Source: an uncultured Bacteriovoracaceae bacterium
Lineage (GTDB): Bacteria; Desulfobacterota; Desulfomonilia; UBA1062
Direction of reading: 5' to 3'
DNA length: 64,000 nt
Assembly: GCA_964618975.1 (NCBI GenBank)
Contig: CAZUDI010000015.1
Location: 412 to 64,411 of the forward strand
Part shown: piece after piece, positions 50,312-61,447 of the stretch
Position numbering within the stretch: position 1 is the first letter of the stretch
How the letters are laid out: each line of letters starts with the position of its first letter
The notes under the pieces: model-generated
What the model was told of the DNA's origin: nothing
Databases searched by the model: none
Seen by the model: only the letters and a program-made list of their open reading frames with translations
Made by a program: the position numbers and the translations under genes

Positions 50312-51964
50312 GTGGATGACGTGAATGCGGGAAAGGACGCCGGGTATGTGTTGGCCTACGATGTGGGGACCACCGGCACCAAGACCTGTCTCTACGGTAT
50401 CGGGGAGGCCATCGGGCTGGTGGACTCGGCCATCGGGGAGTACCCGCTGTACCTGAGTGAGGAGGGGGGCGCCGAGCAGGACGTGGAGGACTGGTGGCGG
50501 GCGATCGTCAAGGGCACCCGGGATGTGTTGTCAAGAACCGGGATCGCTGCGGGCGCAGTCAAGGGGATTTCCCTGTGCTGCCAGATGCAGGGCTCGATCA
50601 TGGTGGATGCTCAAGGCCGGGCCTTGCGCAGGGCCATGGGCTACCTGGACGGTCGGGCCACCAAACAGTTTGCCCGTGGTTTCCAGCACGGGCTGTGGCG
50701 TATCAGCGGCTGCAACGCCTTCAAACTCCTCAACTGGCTGCGCATCACCGGCGGTTGCCCGGCCACGTCCAAGGATCCGGTGTGGAAATACCTGTGGGTC
50801 AAGGAGCACGAGCCCGAGGTGTATGCCGCCACCCACAAGTGGCTCGACGTCAAGGATTATCTGGTCCTGCGCAGCACCGGCTGCTACGGCATGACCCAGG
50901 ACTCGGCGCATGTCACCTTTCTCTACGACACCCGTCCCGGCCGGCTCGGCTGGCATGTGGGGTTGTGCCGCACACTGGGGGTGGACCCGGACCACCTGCC
51001 GCCGGTCATCGAATCCACGCACAGGGTGGGGGGGCTCACGGCCCAGGCGGCCTCTGATCTGGGGCTCATAGAGGGCACCCCGGTCTTCGGCGGCGGCGGC
51101 GACGTGTCGCTCATCTCCATCGGTGCGGGTTGCGTGGGTCTGGGGGACACCCATATCTATGTGGGCACCTCGGGATGGGTGAGTGCCTGTGTGGACAAGC
51201 GTATGGTGGATGTCTCCAACTTCATGGCCTCGATCCTCGGTGCCATTCCGGACTATTACAATTTTGTCGCCGAGCAGGAGACCTCGGGCCTCTGCCTGCA
51301 GTGGGTGAGGGATCACCTGGCGCTGGACGAGATCGGGCTCTACCTGGGCTCCCGGCATATCGTGGACAAGGGCGCGGAGTTTGACAATCTCTACCAGTTT
51401 TTGAACCAGAGCGTGAACGAGACCGAGCCGGGCTCCGGGGGGGTGATTTTTACCCCGTGGCTGCACGGAAACCGCGCGCCGCGGGAGGACCCTTACGCGC
51501 GCGCCATGTTTTTCAACCTCGGGCTGCATACGGGCAAGCGGATGATGATCCGTGCCGTGCTCGAGGGCGTGGCCTATCACAAGCGCTGGATGCTCCAGGC
51601 ACTGGAGAAGAGGGTCACCCCGCAGGAGCGGCTGCGCTTTGTGGGCGGTGGGGCGCATTCGGAGGTGTGGTGTCAGATCATGGCCGATGTAACGGGTCGG
51701 GTCGTCGAGACCACCCCCGAGCCGCAGAATGCGGGCGCCGTGGGCGCGGCCGTGGTTTGCGCGGTAGGGCTTGGGTTGCTGAAAGACTTTTCCCAGGCCA
51801 GGGACCTCATACCTATCAAGGAGACGTATCATCCGCGAGCCAGGTATAAAGAGGTTTATGATCGCAGTTTTACTGTTTTTGAAAGCCTCTACAAGAACAA
51901 TCGGCAGGCCTTTGCCCGCTTGAACAGGCAAGTTGACCCCCCCCGAGCGCCGTGCGTGCCATAA
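50312..51964 (+). CDS. FGGY family carbohydrate kinase (xylulokinase-like)
   Basis: YDVGTTGTK, GAEQD...WW, CQMQG, GGGD, VGTSGW, PWLHGNRAP, RAVLEGVA, VGGGA.S. Confidence 0.92.
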   Translation: MDDVNAGKDAGYVLAYDVGTTGTKTCLYGIGEAIGLVDSAIGEYPLYLSEEGGAEQDVEDWWRAIVKGTRDVLSRTGIAAGAVKGISLCCQMQGSIMVDAQGRALRRAMGYLDGRATKQFARGFQHGLWRISGCNAFKLLNWLRITGGCPATSKDPVWKYLWVKEHEPEVYAATHKWLDVKDYLVLRSTGCYGMTQDSAHVTFLYDTRPGRLGWHVGLCRTLGVDPDHLPPVIESTHRVGGLTAQAASDLGLIEGTPVFGGGGDVSLISIGAGCVGLGDTHIYVGTSGWVSACVDKRMVDVSNFMASILGAIPDYYNFVAEQETSGLCLQWVRDHLALDEIGLYLGSRHIVDKGAEFDNLYQFLNQSVNETEPGSGGVIFTPWLHGNRAPREDPYARAMFFNLGLHTGKRMMIRAVLEGVAYHKRWMLQALEKRVTPQERLRFVGGGAHSEVWCQIMADVTGRVVETTPEPQNAGAVGAAVVCAVGLGLLKDFSQARDLIPIKETYHPRARYKEVYDRSFTVFESLYKNNRQAFARLNRQVDPPRAPCVP

Positions 51965-52103
51965 AGGCGCCGGGATCAGAGACAAACAAGGGGTGTCTTT
52001 TCCCGCCAGAGGTGCTACTATCGCCACAAAGGGGGCCCGACCCCGTCGGCTTGAGATACGCCTTCACCTGCGGGCGCGTACCATTTTCTGAGGAGGGTAT
52101 GCA

Positions 52104-53336
52104 ATGAATCAGGAGCATGTGGTCACAATCTATCCCTACCGGTGGGTCGTATTGATAGTATTCATGCTAGCCAATGCCATGATCCAGGTGCACTGGGTGG
52201 TGTTCGCTCCCATCACCAGTGAGGCCGCCGCCTTCTACGGGGTGACGCCGCTCAAGATTGGCCTGCTCTCCATGGTTTACATGATTGCCTTCATCTTTCT
52301 CTGTATTCCGGCCTCCTATACAATCGACACCTACGGGCTGCGCATCGGGGTCGGGATCGGGGTGGTCCTCACCGGGATCTTCGGCCTGCTCAAGGGACTC
52401 TACCCCACGAACTATACCGCGATCATGATATCCCAGTGCGGACTGGCCGCGGCCCAGCCCTTCATCATGAATGCCATGACCAAGGTCGGTGCCAATTGGT
52501 TCCCCGTTCAGGAGCGTGCCACTGCGGCAGGGATGGCGGCCCTGTCCCAGTACATCGGTATCATCGTGGCCATGGCGGCCACCCCCCTGCTTGTGAAGGC
52601 CTACTCGCTGGAGGGCATGCTCATGATCTACGGGGTGCTCTCGATTATCACCACGGCGGTGTTCCTCGTCTTCATGCGCGAGATGCCCCCGACACCCCCC
52701 TCGGAGGCGACCATGGCCGCACGAATCGCGGTTTTCCCCGGGATAAGGCGTATCTTCACCCATCGCGACATGCTGCTGCTCCTGGTGCTGTTTTTCATCG
52801 GACTGGGCATGTTCAACGCCGTGACCACCTGGATCGAACAGATCCTCGCGCCGCGGGGGCTTAACTCCGAGCAGGCCGGACTGGTGGGAGCGGCCATGAT
52901 GATCGGTGGTATTGTGGGGGCCTGCATCCTGCCGCCTTTGTCCGACAGGCTCAGACAGCGCAAGTCCTTCCTCATCGTGGCCATGGTGGGCATGGCCCCG
53001 GGGCTCGTCGGCATCACCTTCTGCACCAGCTATTATCTCCTGTTGGCGAGCGGCTTCGTCCTGGGCTTCTTCATCATGTCGGCCGGACCCATCGGATTCC
53101 AGTATGGGGCCGAGGTGAGCTACCCCGCCCCGGAATCCACCTCACAGGGCCTCATCCTGCTGGCGGGTCAGATCTCGGGGATCATCTTCATCTTCGGCAT
53201 GGATACCTTCCGGGCCGCCGGCTCGGGCTCCATGACCCCCTTCATGATCGTTTTCATAGCGCTGACCCTCGTGTGTGTCGGTGTTTGCCTCAATCTGAAC
53301 GAATCCTCGCTTATCAAGGAGGCGCACGACGTTTGA
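52104..53336 (+). CDS. MFS transporter
   Basis: YRWVVL start, 12 TMs, IDTYGLR, WFP..ERATA, LSDRL.QRK. Confidence 0.92.
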   Translation: MNQEHVVTIYPYRWVVLIVFMLANAMIQVHWVVFAPITSEAAAFYGVTPLKIGLLSMVYMIAFIFLCIPASYTIDTYGLRIGVGIGVVLTGIFGLLKGLYPTNYTAIMISQCGLAAAQPFIMNAMTKVGANWFPVQERATAAGMAALSQYIGIIVAMAATPLLVKAYSLEGMLMIYGVLSIITTAVFLVFMREMPPTPPSEATMAARIAVFPGIRRIFTHRDMLLLLVLFFIGLGMFNAVTTWIEQILAPRGLNSEQAGLVGAAMMIGGIVGACILPPLSDRLRQRKSFLIVAMVGMAPGLVGITFCTSYYLLLASGFVLGFFIMSAGPIGFQYGAEVSYPAPESTSQGLILLAGQISGIIFIFGMDTFRAAGSGSMTPFMIVFIALTLVCVGVCLNLNESSLIKEAHDV

Positions 53337-53379
53337 TCCCCACCGTGGGTTACAGGCAGGGTTTAATCGCTACATGGTG

Positions 53380-53402
53380 AGTCCTTAGGCTTGCCCTGGG
53401 GT
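53380..53402 (+). repeat. partial copy F of the dispersed repeat
   Basis: gagtccttaggcttgccctggggt versus copy A gggtcctgaggcttgccctggggt. Confidence 0.6.
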
Positions 53403-53404
53403 GA

Positions 53405-54469
53405 TTATGTCTGCCAGCGCGAGAAGGCATTCATGTCCAGGGGGGCGCTCTGCCCTCGGCGTGCCAGGCGCAAACCCGCGACCCCGATCATGGCGGCATT
53501 GTCGGTGCAATACCGTGGGTGGGGGATGACGAGCCGGATCCCCCGCACGCTAGCGGCTTCCTCGAGAGAGGCCCTCAGGGCGCTGTTGCAGGCCACCCCG
53601 CCGCTGATCACCAGGGTCGACAGGCCATGATCCTCCACGGCCGCCAGGGCCTTGGAGACCAACACCTCGACCACGGCCGCCTGGAAGGCGGCGGCGATTA
53701 CGGGGATGCGCCCCTCCTTGCCAGGGGCGGGGTGCCTCTCTCCTGGCAACCCGGAGAAGCGCAGATTCAGCCCCGGAAAGATCCCTTCGCGCACGACGAG
53801 GTTGAGCACGGCCGTCTTGAGTCCGGAGAAGCTGAAGTCATACGTGCCGTCGCCCAGCAGGGGACGCGGTAGCTTAAGGTCGTGGTGGTCAACCCCGGCC
53901 GCGATCCGATCGATGATCACGCCCCCCGGATAGCCCAGGTTCAAAAGCTTGGCCACCTTATCGAAGGCCTCTCCGGCGGCGTCATCCAGGGTCTGTCCGA
54001 TGAGGGTCATGTCCGAGGGGGCCTCTACACGGTACAGGGAGGTGTGTCCGCCCGAGACCACCAGGCCGATGTGGGGGTAGCAGACCTCATGCTCGATCTC
54101 GGCCGCACACAGGTGCCCTTCCAGGTGGTTCACGCCGAAGAGCGGCACCTTCAGGCCGTAGGCCAGGGCCTTGGCGAAGGAGATCCCCACGAGCAGGGCG
54201 CCCACGAGCCCGGGGCCCTGAGTGACGGCTACCCCACCCAGGTCCTGCATGCCCAGGTGCGCGGAGCGGAGGGCCTTGAATACCACGGGCTGAATGAGTT
54301 CCACGTGCCGGCGGGAGGCGATCTCCGGCACCACCCCGCCGAAGGCCTGGTGGTCCTTGATCTGAGAGGCCACGACACTGCTGAGGACCTTCCCGGTCGC
54401 GCTGATCACCGCTGCGGCGGTTTCGTCGCAGGAGGTCTCGATGGCCAGGAGTTTCACGGGCGGCCTCAC
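53405..54469 (-). CDS. tsaD: t6A tRNA N6-adenosine threonylcarbamoyltransferase
   Basis: IETSCDETAAA, GGVVPEIASRRH, GPGL.GAL, NHLEGH, DDAAGEAFDK, FSFSGLKT, CTDNAAMI. Confidence 0.97.
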   Translation of the reverse strand: MRPPVKLLAIETSCDETAAAVISATGKVLSSVVASQIKDHQAFGGVVPEIASRRHVELIQPVVFKALRSAHLGMQDLGGVAVTQGPGLVGALLVGISFAKALAYGLKVPLFGVNHLEGHLCAAEIEHEVCYPHIGLVVSGGHTSLYRVEAPSDMTLIGQTLDDAAGEAFDKVAKLLNLGYPGGVIIDRIAAGVDHHDLKLPRPLLGDGTYDFSFSGLKTAVLNLVVREGIFPGLNLRFSGLPGERHPAPGKEGRIPVIAAAFQAAVVEVLVSKALAAVEDHGLSTLVISGGVACNSALRASLEEAASVRGIRLVIPHPRYCTDNAAMIGVAGLRLARRGQSAPLDMNAFSRWQT

Positions 54470-55893
54470 TCCTTGATGTCGATATAGAAGCTCACCACCG
54501 GGGAATCCCCCCGCATGGCCGAGATCCTATAACGCTGGGTGTGTGCGTCGATGATGTTGGCATAGCGACCCAGGAGATTGGAGGTGTTGATCGGGTAGCC
54601 CCGGTCCTCGCCGGTGTTGTCGTTCCAGTTGGAGACGAAACCCTTGAAGTTGACAATCAGCCCGTGATTGGTGTTGCCGTTGTATATGAGATCCCGGAGC
54701 ACGATCACGGCCCCCCGGGGAAGGGGGATGCTGCCTTCCGGACCCAGGGCGTAAAGGACATGATCAGCCTCGAGGATGAGCCAGGTCCGTCTGATCTCGG
54801 AGATGACATCCACATGGATCCTGCCGCAGGGGAAGGCATCCTTTTTGATGTCAATGGTGGTGGAATTCTCGATGGTGAAGGCCCCATCCATGTCATTGAT
54901 ATTGCCCACGCCGCGGATGTCGGCCACCACCCCGCGCTTGTAGTTGGTCTTGATGTCGGCCACGGTGAGGGTGTCGCCTTTGTTGATGACGATGTGCTGA
55001 TCGTCATGCACGGCGATGGGGTTGCCGTTGTTGATGGAGAGGAGGGCATATTCCATCAGGGGCGGGTCGATGTAGATGCTCGGCTGCTCGGGGATGATGC
55101 CGATCTCCTTCATGAAGGCATTCACCACCATGGTCTGGAATACCACCCTTTTGCGGAAGTCTTTGATTTCCTTGGAGCTTTCGCTGGCAAAGGCGGGTTT
55201 GTTCAGGCTGGTGAGCACGTAGTAGGTGGCGGATTTGCGCTGTTCCTTGTGGAGGCTATCGTTGGCCAGCGTGCGGTGGTTATTGTAGTGGAACCTGTAC
55301 TCCGCCTCATGGATGGCCGGATTCACCTGCTGGATGACCCGCTCGGCCATCTCGGCGAGATCGATCACCTCGCCGGAGGGGAGGATGTAGCGGTCCGTAT
55401 CCGTGATAATCGATTGACCGAAGCGCCGGGGATTGTGCATGGGATCGATATATTCGGGATGATAGAACCCGGAGCCGTCGTGCATGTTGAGGAAGTAGTC
55501 GGCCTGCTGCATGAGTTCCTTGATCTTGGTGACCACCTCGCTGTCGGGATCGATGGGGATGTCACCGGCGAATTTGCGGTTCATGTCTCCGTTGGGCCCG
55601 CGCTGATTGACAAGGATGGAGTAGAAATTGGCCCTAGGCACCACGATCAGGTTGCCCTTTTTCAGGCGCATATCCGCGTACAGGTCCGCGGCCAGATATC
55701 CGCCCGGTTCATCGCCCTGGATACCGCCCATGATCATCAGGGTGGGACCCGCTTCGACGCCGAGGCTGTGGTAGACATGCAGTTCGTGATCACTGCCCTT
55801 GAAGAATACCTCGTGAGAAGCCCCCGCGTGAGAGGCCAGCGGAACCAGCACGAGCAGCACAACACTCAGGATGAAGGCGGCACGACGGATCAT
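54466..55893 (-). CDS. M14/M99 metallocarboxypeptidase, Csd4/Pgp1-like
   Basis: Signal peptide; GGIQGDEPGG (Gln as first metal ligand), GDMNRKF, LNMHDGSG; C-terminal beta domains. Confidence 0.78.
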   Translation of the reverse strand: MIRRAAFILSVVLLVLVPLASHAGASHEVFFKGSDHELHVYHSLGVEAGPTLMIMGGIQGDEPGGYLAADLYADMRLKKGNLIVVPRANFYSILVNQRGPNGDMNRKFAGDIPIDPDSEVVTKIKELMQQADYFLNMHDGSGFYHPEYIDPMHNPRRFGQSIITDTDRYILPSGEVIDLAEMAERVIQQVNPAIHEAEYRFHYNNHRTLANDSLHKEQRKSATYYVLTSLNKPAFASESSKEIKDFRKRVVFQTMVVNAFMKEIGIIPEQPSIYIDPPLMEYALLSINNGNPIAVHDDQHIVINKGDTLTVADIKTNYKRGVVADIRGVGNINDMDGAFTIENSTTIDIKKDAFPCGRIHVDVISEIRRTWLILEADHVLYALGPEGSIPLPRGAVIVLRDLIYNGNTNHGLIVNFKGFVSNWNDNTGEDRGYPINTSNLLGRYANIIDAHTQRYRISAMRGDSPVVSFYIDIKE

Positions 55894-56576
55894 GGCGAGG
55901 CTTCTTCCAGTTGTTCCCGGGTAACGGGCAGGGCCAGGCGCAGCTTGTCCTCCTCATCGAAGATATAGAAGGTGACATTCTCCCAGTCGGAGATGATGTC
56001 CGTGGCCTTGATGCGCATGGGTTTAAAGTTGCGGATGCTGAAGGCGAACCCGGAGTTTTTCTCCACGGGGACCCCGTCGAGAAGATTGACGGCGGGATGG
56101 CTGACCATCACCTCCCCTTTACGGAAGACGGCGAACAGGTGCCCGGAGGCACTTGCCCCGGAGGAGGCCTTGATGTTCACGATCTTGAAGACCAGGTCGT
56201 CCCCCTCGAGTTGCAGCTCCGCGATCTCGGCGATCGGCGGATGGAGCTCGGGCAGCTTGATCTGAGTGGGGATGATGTACGATTTGTGGCGGATGGCCGA
56301 ACTCATCTTCTTTTTCAGGGAGAGGATCTCCTCATCCCGGCGGGCCAGGCGGATGCTGAGATCCTTGATGTCGGCGGCCTGGCTCGCGATGGTGACGTTC
56401 TGGTGCGCGAGGTTGCGCCGGGTCTGGACGAGCCCGATCGCCAGGGAGGCCACCACCGTGACCAGCAGCAGCAGGAGCAAGAGAATCAGTCGCACCCAGC
56501 GCGAGTGGATGGTCAAGATGGCCTGGCCTCCGGTGGGCCGCATGATAATGATCTGGTACGGCTCACGATTCATCAT
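55890..56576 (-). CDS. hypothetical single-TM coiled-coil protein
   Basis: Hydrophobic helix (LILLLLLLLVTVVASLAIGLV), coiled coil, beta-rich C-terminus; overlaps both neighbours. Confidence 0.7.
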   Translation of the reverse strand: MMNREPYQIIIMRPTGGQAILTIHSRWVRLILLLLLLLVTVVASLAIGLVQTRRNLAHQNVTIASQAADIKDLSIRLARRDEEILSLKKKMSSAIRHKSYIIPTQIKLPELHPPIAEIAELQLEGDDLVFKIVNIKASSGASASGHLFAVFRKGEVMVSHPAVNLLDGVPVEKNSGFAFSIRNFKPMRIKATDIISDWENVTFYIFDEEDKLRLALPVTREQLEEASP

Positions 56577-57852
56577 TCAGCGCTCCCCCCAGGCGCTCCC
56601 ACGTTTCCTGGACAATGCGGAAATCGCCGTTGGTCTTCACCAGTCGCAGGTGCTTGATCCCCAGGTCCTGGTAAGTGTCTGCGATGAAACGCTGCCGGGC
56701 CGTGACATTCCAGAATGCCCCGCTGCGGGAGATGGAGATATCGGAAAGCTCCACGTCGATGGTGCTGTAGTTGGAGAGCCGCTGTCCCTTGCAGGCGAGG
56801 TAGCTCTCCCGGTCCGGATAGCTTGCGCTGTAATAGCCCTGCATACGTCCCATGTCGTTGGCCTCCCAGGTATGGATCCATTGCTGAAGAAAGGCCAGGA
56901 GACGCTCGCGGGTCTGGGACTGCATCCGGGAGACCTCCCCATCCCACTGTGGGGCCTCCTCCAGGGTCAGAAAACGCTCGTTGATGATCCGCGGTTTGCC
57001 CTCAAGGTGGGTGAGGTAGACGAATTTCACCCCGGTCGTCTGGTAACTGTCCGCGGCGAACTCCATGACAAAGCAGGCCAGTTCATAGTGATGTGCCCCG
57101 ATCACCAGGGGTTGGCCGGCCGTGATGGAGACGAAGCGGTAGGGGGTCAGCACCTGCCGCTTCTGTTCAAGGTATTCATCGAGATTCAGACCGCGGGACG
57201 TATCGACATACCCGGGTGAATAGCAGGCCCTGTAGGCGTCGAGATCACGGCTCTCCCAGGCATGCAGCCAGCGGTCAAGGAAGGCCTGATAAGCTTTTGC
57301 ACGTTTTTCGAGGCCGGTCTCCTCGATCATGCTAATGCTGTCCAGGGTGACGATGGGGGTCCAGAACTCGTGCAGGTAGGGGGCCAGACGCTTGAGGTCT
57401 TCATTGTTCAGGGACACGCAACCCTTGGTGTCCGGCTCTGCGATAGGGATGTTTCTCCCGTGGATCCAGATCCCGTCACCGTTCTTGCGCTTGGTACGAT
57501 CTACCGGGTTGGGGTAGTCGAGCACATAGGCCCGCCATCCGTAGAGGTCGGGCAGGCTTGTCCCGTCAATGATCTTCCTGAAGAAGTAGACCCCCTCCGG
57601 GGTGCGCCGGTCCCCCTCCACCCTCTTGTCGCCGGGGTTCATGCCCGTGGAGCAGGGAAAGCTTGCCACTGCGGACCGGCCGTTGAAGATGGTCAGCCGC
57701 TGGGCGGCCTTGTCGACGCACACGGCATAACGGCCGTCCGGCACCTTGATGAGGTTGTCGGGGACCTGCCCGTCCGCCCATAGCCAGCCCGGAACGGCAA
57801 GCGTGAACGCGAAAGTCAGTACCAGTCTGTGAATACAGTTCTTAAACTTCAT
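56563..57852 (-). CDS. YkuD L,D-transpeptidase/carboxypeptidase with two NTF2-like domains, Csd6/Pgp2-like
   Basis: GDKRVEGDRRTPEGVY, LDYPN, GIWIHG...TKGCVSL; two FL..W..AWE...Y...YS repeats. Confidence 0.8.
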   Translation of the reverse strand: MKFKNCIHRLVLTFAFTLAVPGWLWADGQVPDNLIKVPDGRYAVCVDKAAQRLTIFNGRSAVASFPCSTGMNPGDKRVEGDRRTPEGVYFFRKIIDGTSLPDLYGWRAYVLDYPNPVDRTKRKNGDGIWIHGRNIPIAEPDTKGCVSLNNEDLKRLAPYLHEFWTPIVTLDSISMIEETGLEKRAKAYQAFLDRWLHAWESRDLDAYRACYSPGYVDTSRGLNLDEYLEQKRQVLTPYRFVSITAGQPLVIGAHHYELACFVMEFAADSYQTTGVKFVYLTHLEGKPRIINERFLTLEEAPQWDGEVSRMQSQTRERLLAFLQQWIHTWEANDMGRMQGYYSASYPDRESYLACKGQRLSNYSTIDVELSDISISRSGAFWNVTARQRFIADTYQDLGIKHLRLVKTNGDFRIVQETWERLGGALNDES

Positions 57853-58382
57853 CCAGTGAGAGATCTTTTCGGTTTAACAGACTGATTACTTGATATCCCC
57901 GTTCCTCGACGGCGGGTGCCCCCCCTTCCAGGCGGTCAAAAACCGCGATCACGAGCTCGACCTTAAGCCCTGCCTTCTCGATACGGCCGATGGCCTGCAG
58001 GGTGGATCCGCCGCTGGTGATGACGTCCTCCACCACCACCACCCTCTGTCCGGGCTGAACTGGCCCCTCGATCCACTTCTGGGTGCCATGGGCCTTCTTC
58101 TCCTTGCGCACCAGAAAGGCGTTGAGTGGTTGACCCTGTTGGAAGGCGATAATGGCGGCGGCCGTGGCGATGGGGTCGGCCCCGAGCGTCATGCCGCCGA
58201 TGGCCTCGACCCGTCGGCCCTGGATACGCTCCCAGATAAGCCTGCCGATGAGGATGGCACCCTCGGGATTCAGGGTCACCTTCCTCAGGTCCACATACAG
58301 GTCCGATTCCTTGCCCGAGGCCAGCACGAAGTGGCCGGTTTTGACCGCGTCCCTGAGTAACAGGGTTTTGAGTGCGTCGAGA

Positions 58383-58390
<8 letters not shown>
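57842..58390 (-). CDS. pyrE: orotate phosphoribosyltransferase
   Basis: FVLASGKESDLYVD, RKEKKAHG, VVVEDVITSGGS. Confidence 0.96.
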
Positions 58391-59677
<1,287 letters not shown>

Positions 59678-59681
<4 letters not shown>

Positions 59682-60601
59682 GTGCGGCCATTCCTCCGGT
59701 TAATCATGTAATTGCTCCCCTCGAGATTTTTGATATGGTACTTGATCTCGGTGGCCTCCTGCGATGCCTCGCCGTAGTGCCGGTAGTTGCCCCCCTGGTT
59801 CATGACCACCGCGAGCGAGATGCTCATGACGGGGAAGTTCCTCTCGGCGCCGGTTCGGTCCTGTGAGAGGATGCCGCCGCGGGCCAGATCGTCGTCGTTG
59901 TAGAAATTGCGCACCACCATGTCGAAGCGCTCGATGATCTCTTCGCACAGGGCCCTGACACTTTCGATGGAACAGATGAAGACGAAGTCGTCACCACCGA
60001 TATGGCCCACGAAGCACGGTTCCTGATGCAGCTCCCGAACGGCGTTGGTGATGATGCGCGAGGTGGCCAGCAGGACCTCGTCACCCCTCGAGAATCCGTA
60101 ACGGTCGTTGAAGGGTTTGAAATTGTCGATGTCCGCCCAGGCGATGGCGATCTCCTGACGGGCATCGAACAGGTGCTGGATCTGTCGCATGATGGTTTCG
60201 TTGCCCGGGAGTCGCGTCAGGGGGTTGGTGTCGAGCTCGTGGTGCGAGCGGGTCTGAATGAAGCTCAGACGGGCCCGGATGAGCTCGGGAGGATCGGTGG
60301 TCAGGATGAAATCGTCCACCGGGGTCTGCGGCCAGGAGATGTCGGCCAGCTCGGTCGGGGTCAGGAGCATCACGATCGGCAGGTAACCGTAGACCGTGTT
60401 GCTGCGGAAGTCCTCGATGAGGCTGGTCGAACCCGCAGCTATCCAGGCGCAATCGATGAGGATGAGGTCGGGCAGGTCCATGAAGATGTGCGTGACGGCT
60501 TCCTCAGGGGTATGGATGAGGTGGAAGGTCTCGCAGAGCTCATCCAGCACGGACTGCATCCGTGCATCGAGATCCTCCTTGACGATGACGACAACCTTCA
60601 A
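59678..60601 (-). CDS. REC-like + GGDEF (GGDDF) protein
   Basis: PDLILID receiver-like strand, NPLTRLPGN, DIDNFKPFNDRYG..RGD, HIGGDDF. Confidence 0.88.
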
Positions 60602-60613
60602 GATGGCATACCT

Positions 60614-61447
60614 TCACGACAACCGGAAGCTGTCCAGATCGTCCAGGTCCTGCAAGATGCGCTGCATGAGGTCATCGAGCGCCACCTCCTCCATGCCGAG
60701 CCGTTCCCAGGCTACGGGGCTGATAGCACCGACCCAGGGATCGCCCCCATAGCCCACCCCCAGGGCCCGCACCACGCAATCGGCGATATGGATCACGGCG
60801 CAACGGTCCTGGAACTTGCGGGACTCTGCGGGGGTATGGTGCTCGGCGATGGGCAGCGCCAGCCGTTCCGGCAGATTCCATTCGGCGGCGAGCCAGGCCC
60901 CGATCTGGCCGTGGTCGACGCCGAGCACCTCCAGCTCCGCCTCCCTGAACGAGCAGCCCGTGCCCTCGATCAGCCGGGTGATGGCGGCGTAATCATCCTC
61001 CAGGGAGACCTTGATGAGTACCTTGCCGATGTCATGCAGGAGCGCCGCGGTGGAGATCTCCTCCGGCTCGCTGAGTTTCAGGTGTCGGCTGATGGTCCCG
61101 GCGGCCACGGCACTCCCCAGGGAATGTTCCCAGAGCCCGAGCATGGACTGCTCCATGATGTCGAAGACCGAGGCCGAGAGCACGACCCCCTTGATCACAT
61201 TGAACCCCAGCAGGATGATGGCGTGGCTGATGGAGGAGATACGCCCCGGAAAGCCGTAGAAAGGGGAGTTCACCAGCCTGAGCACCTTGGCGCTCAGGAC
61301 GTGGTCCGAGGAGATGAGCCGGCCCACGTCCTTGGCCGTCACCTCGGGGCTTTCCACCATGCGCGTGAGCTTCTCCACCACCTGGGGCAGGGTGGGCAGG
61401 CTGTGGATCTTCTTGGTGATGGACTTGAGCTGTTCGGCCTTACTCAT
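60614..61447 (-). CDS. HDOD-domain protein
   Basis: LPTLPQV, D..LSAKVLRLVNS.FYG, LWEHS, ALLHDIGK, HG.IGA.L..EWNLP. Confidence 0.9.
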   Translation of the reverse strand: MSKAEQLKSITKKIHSLPTLPQVVEKLTRMVESPEVTAKDVGRLISSDHVLSAKVLRLVNSPFYGFPGRISSISHAIILLGFNVIKGVVLSASVFDIMEQSMLGLWEHSLGSAVAAGTISRHLKLSEPEEISTAALLHDIGKVLIKVSLEDDYAAITRLIEGTGCSFREAELEVLGVDHGQIGAWLAAEWNLPERLALPIAEHHTPAESRKFQDRCAVIHIADCVVRALGVGYGGDPWVGAISPVAWERLGMEEVALDDLMQRILQDLDDLDSFRLS

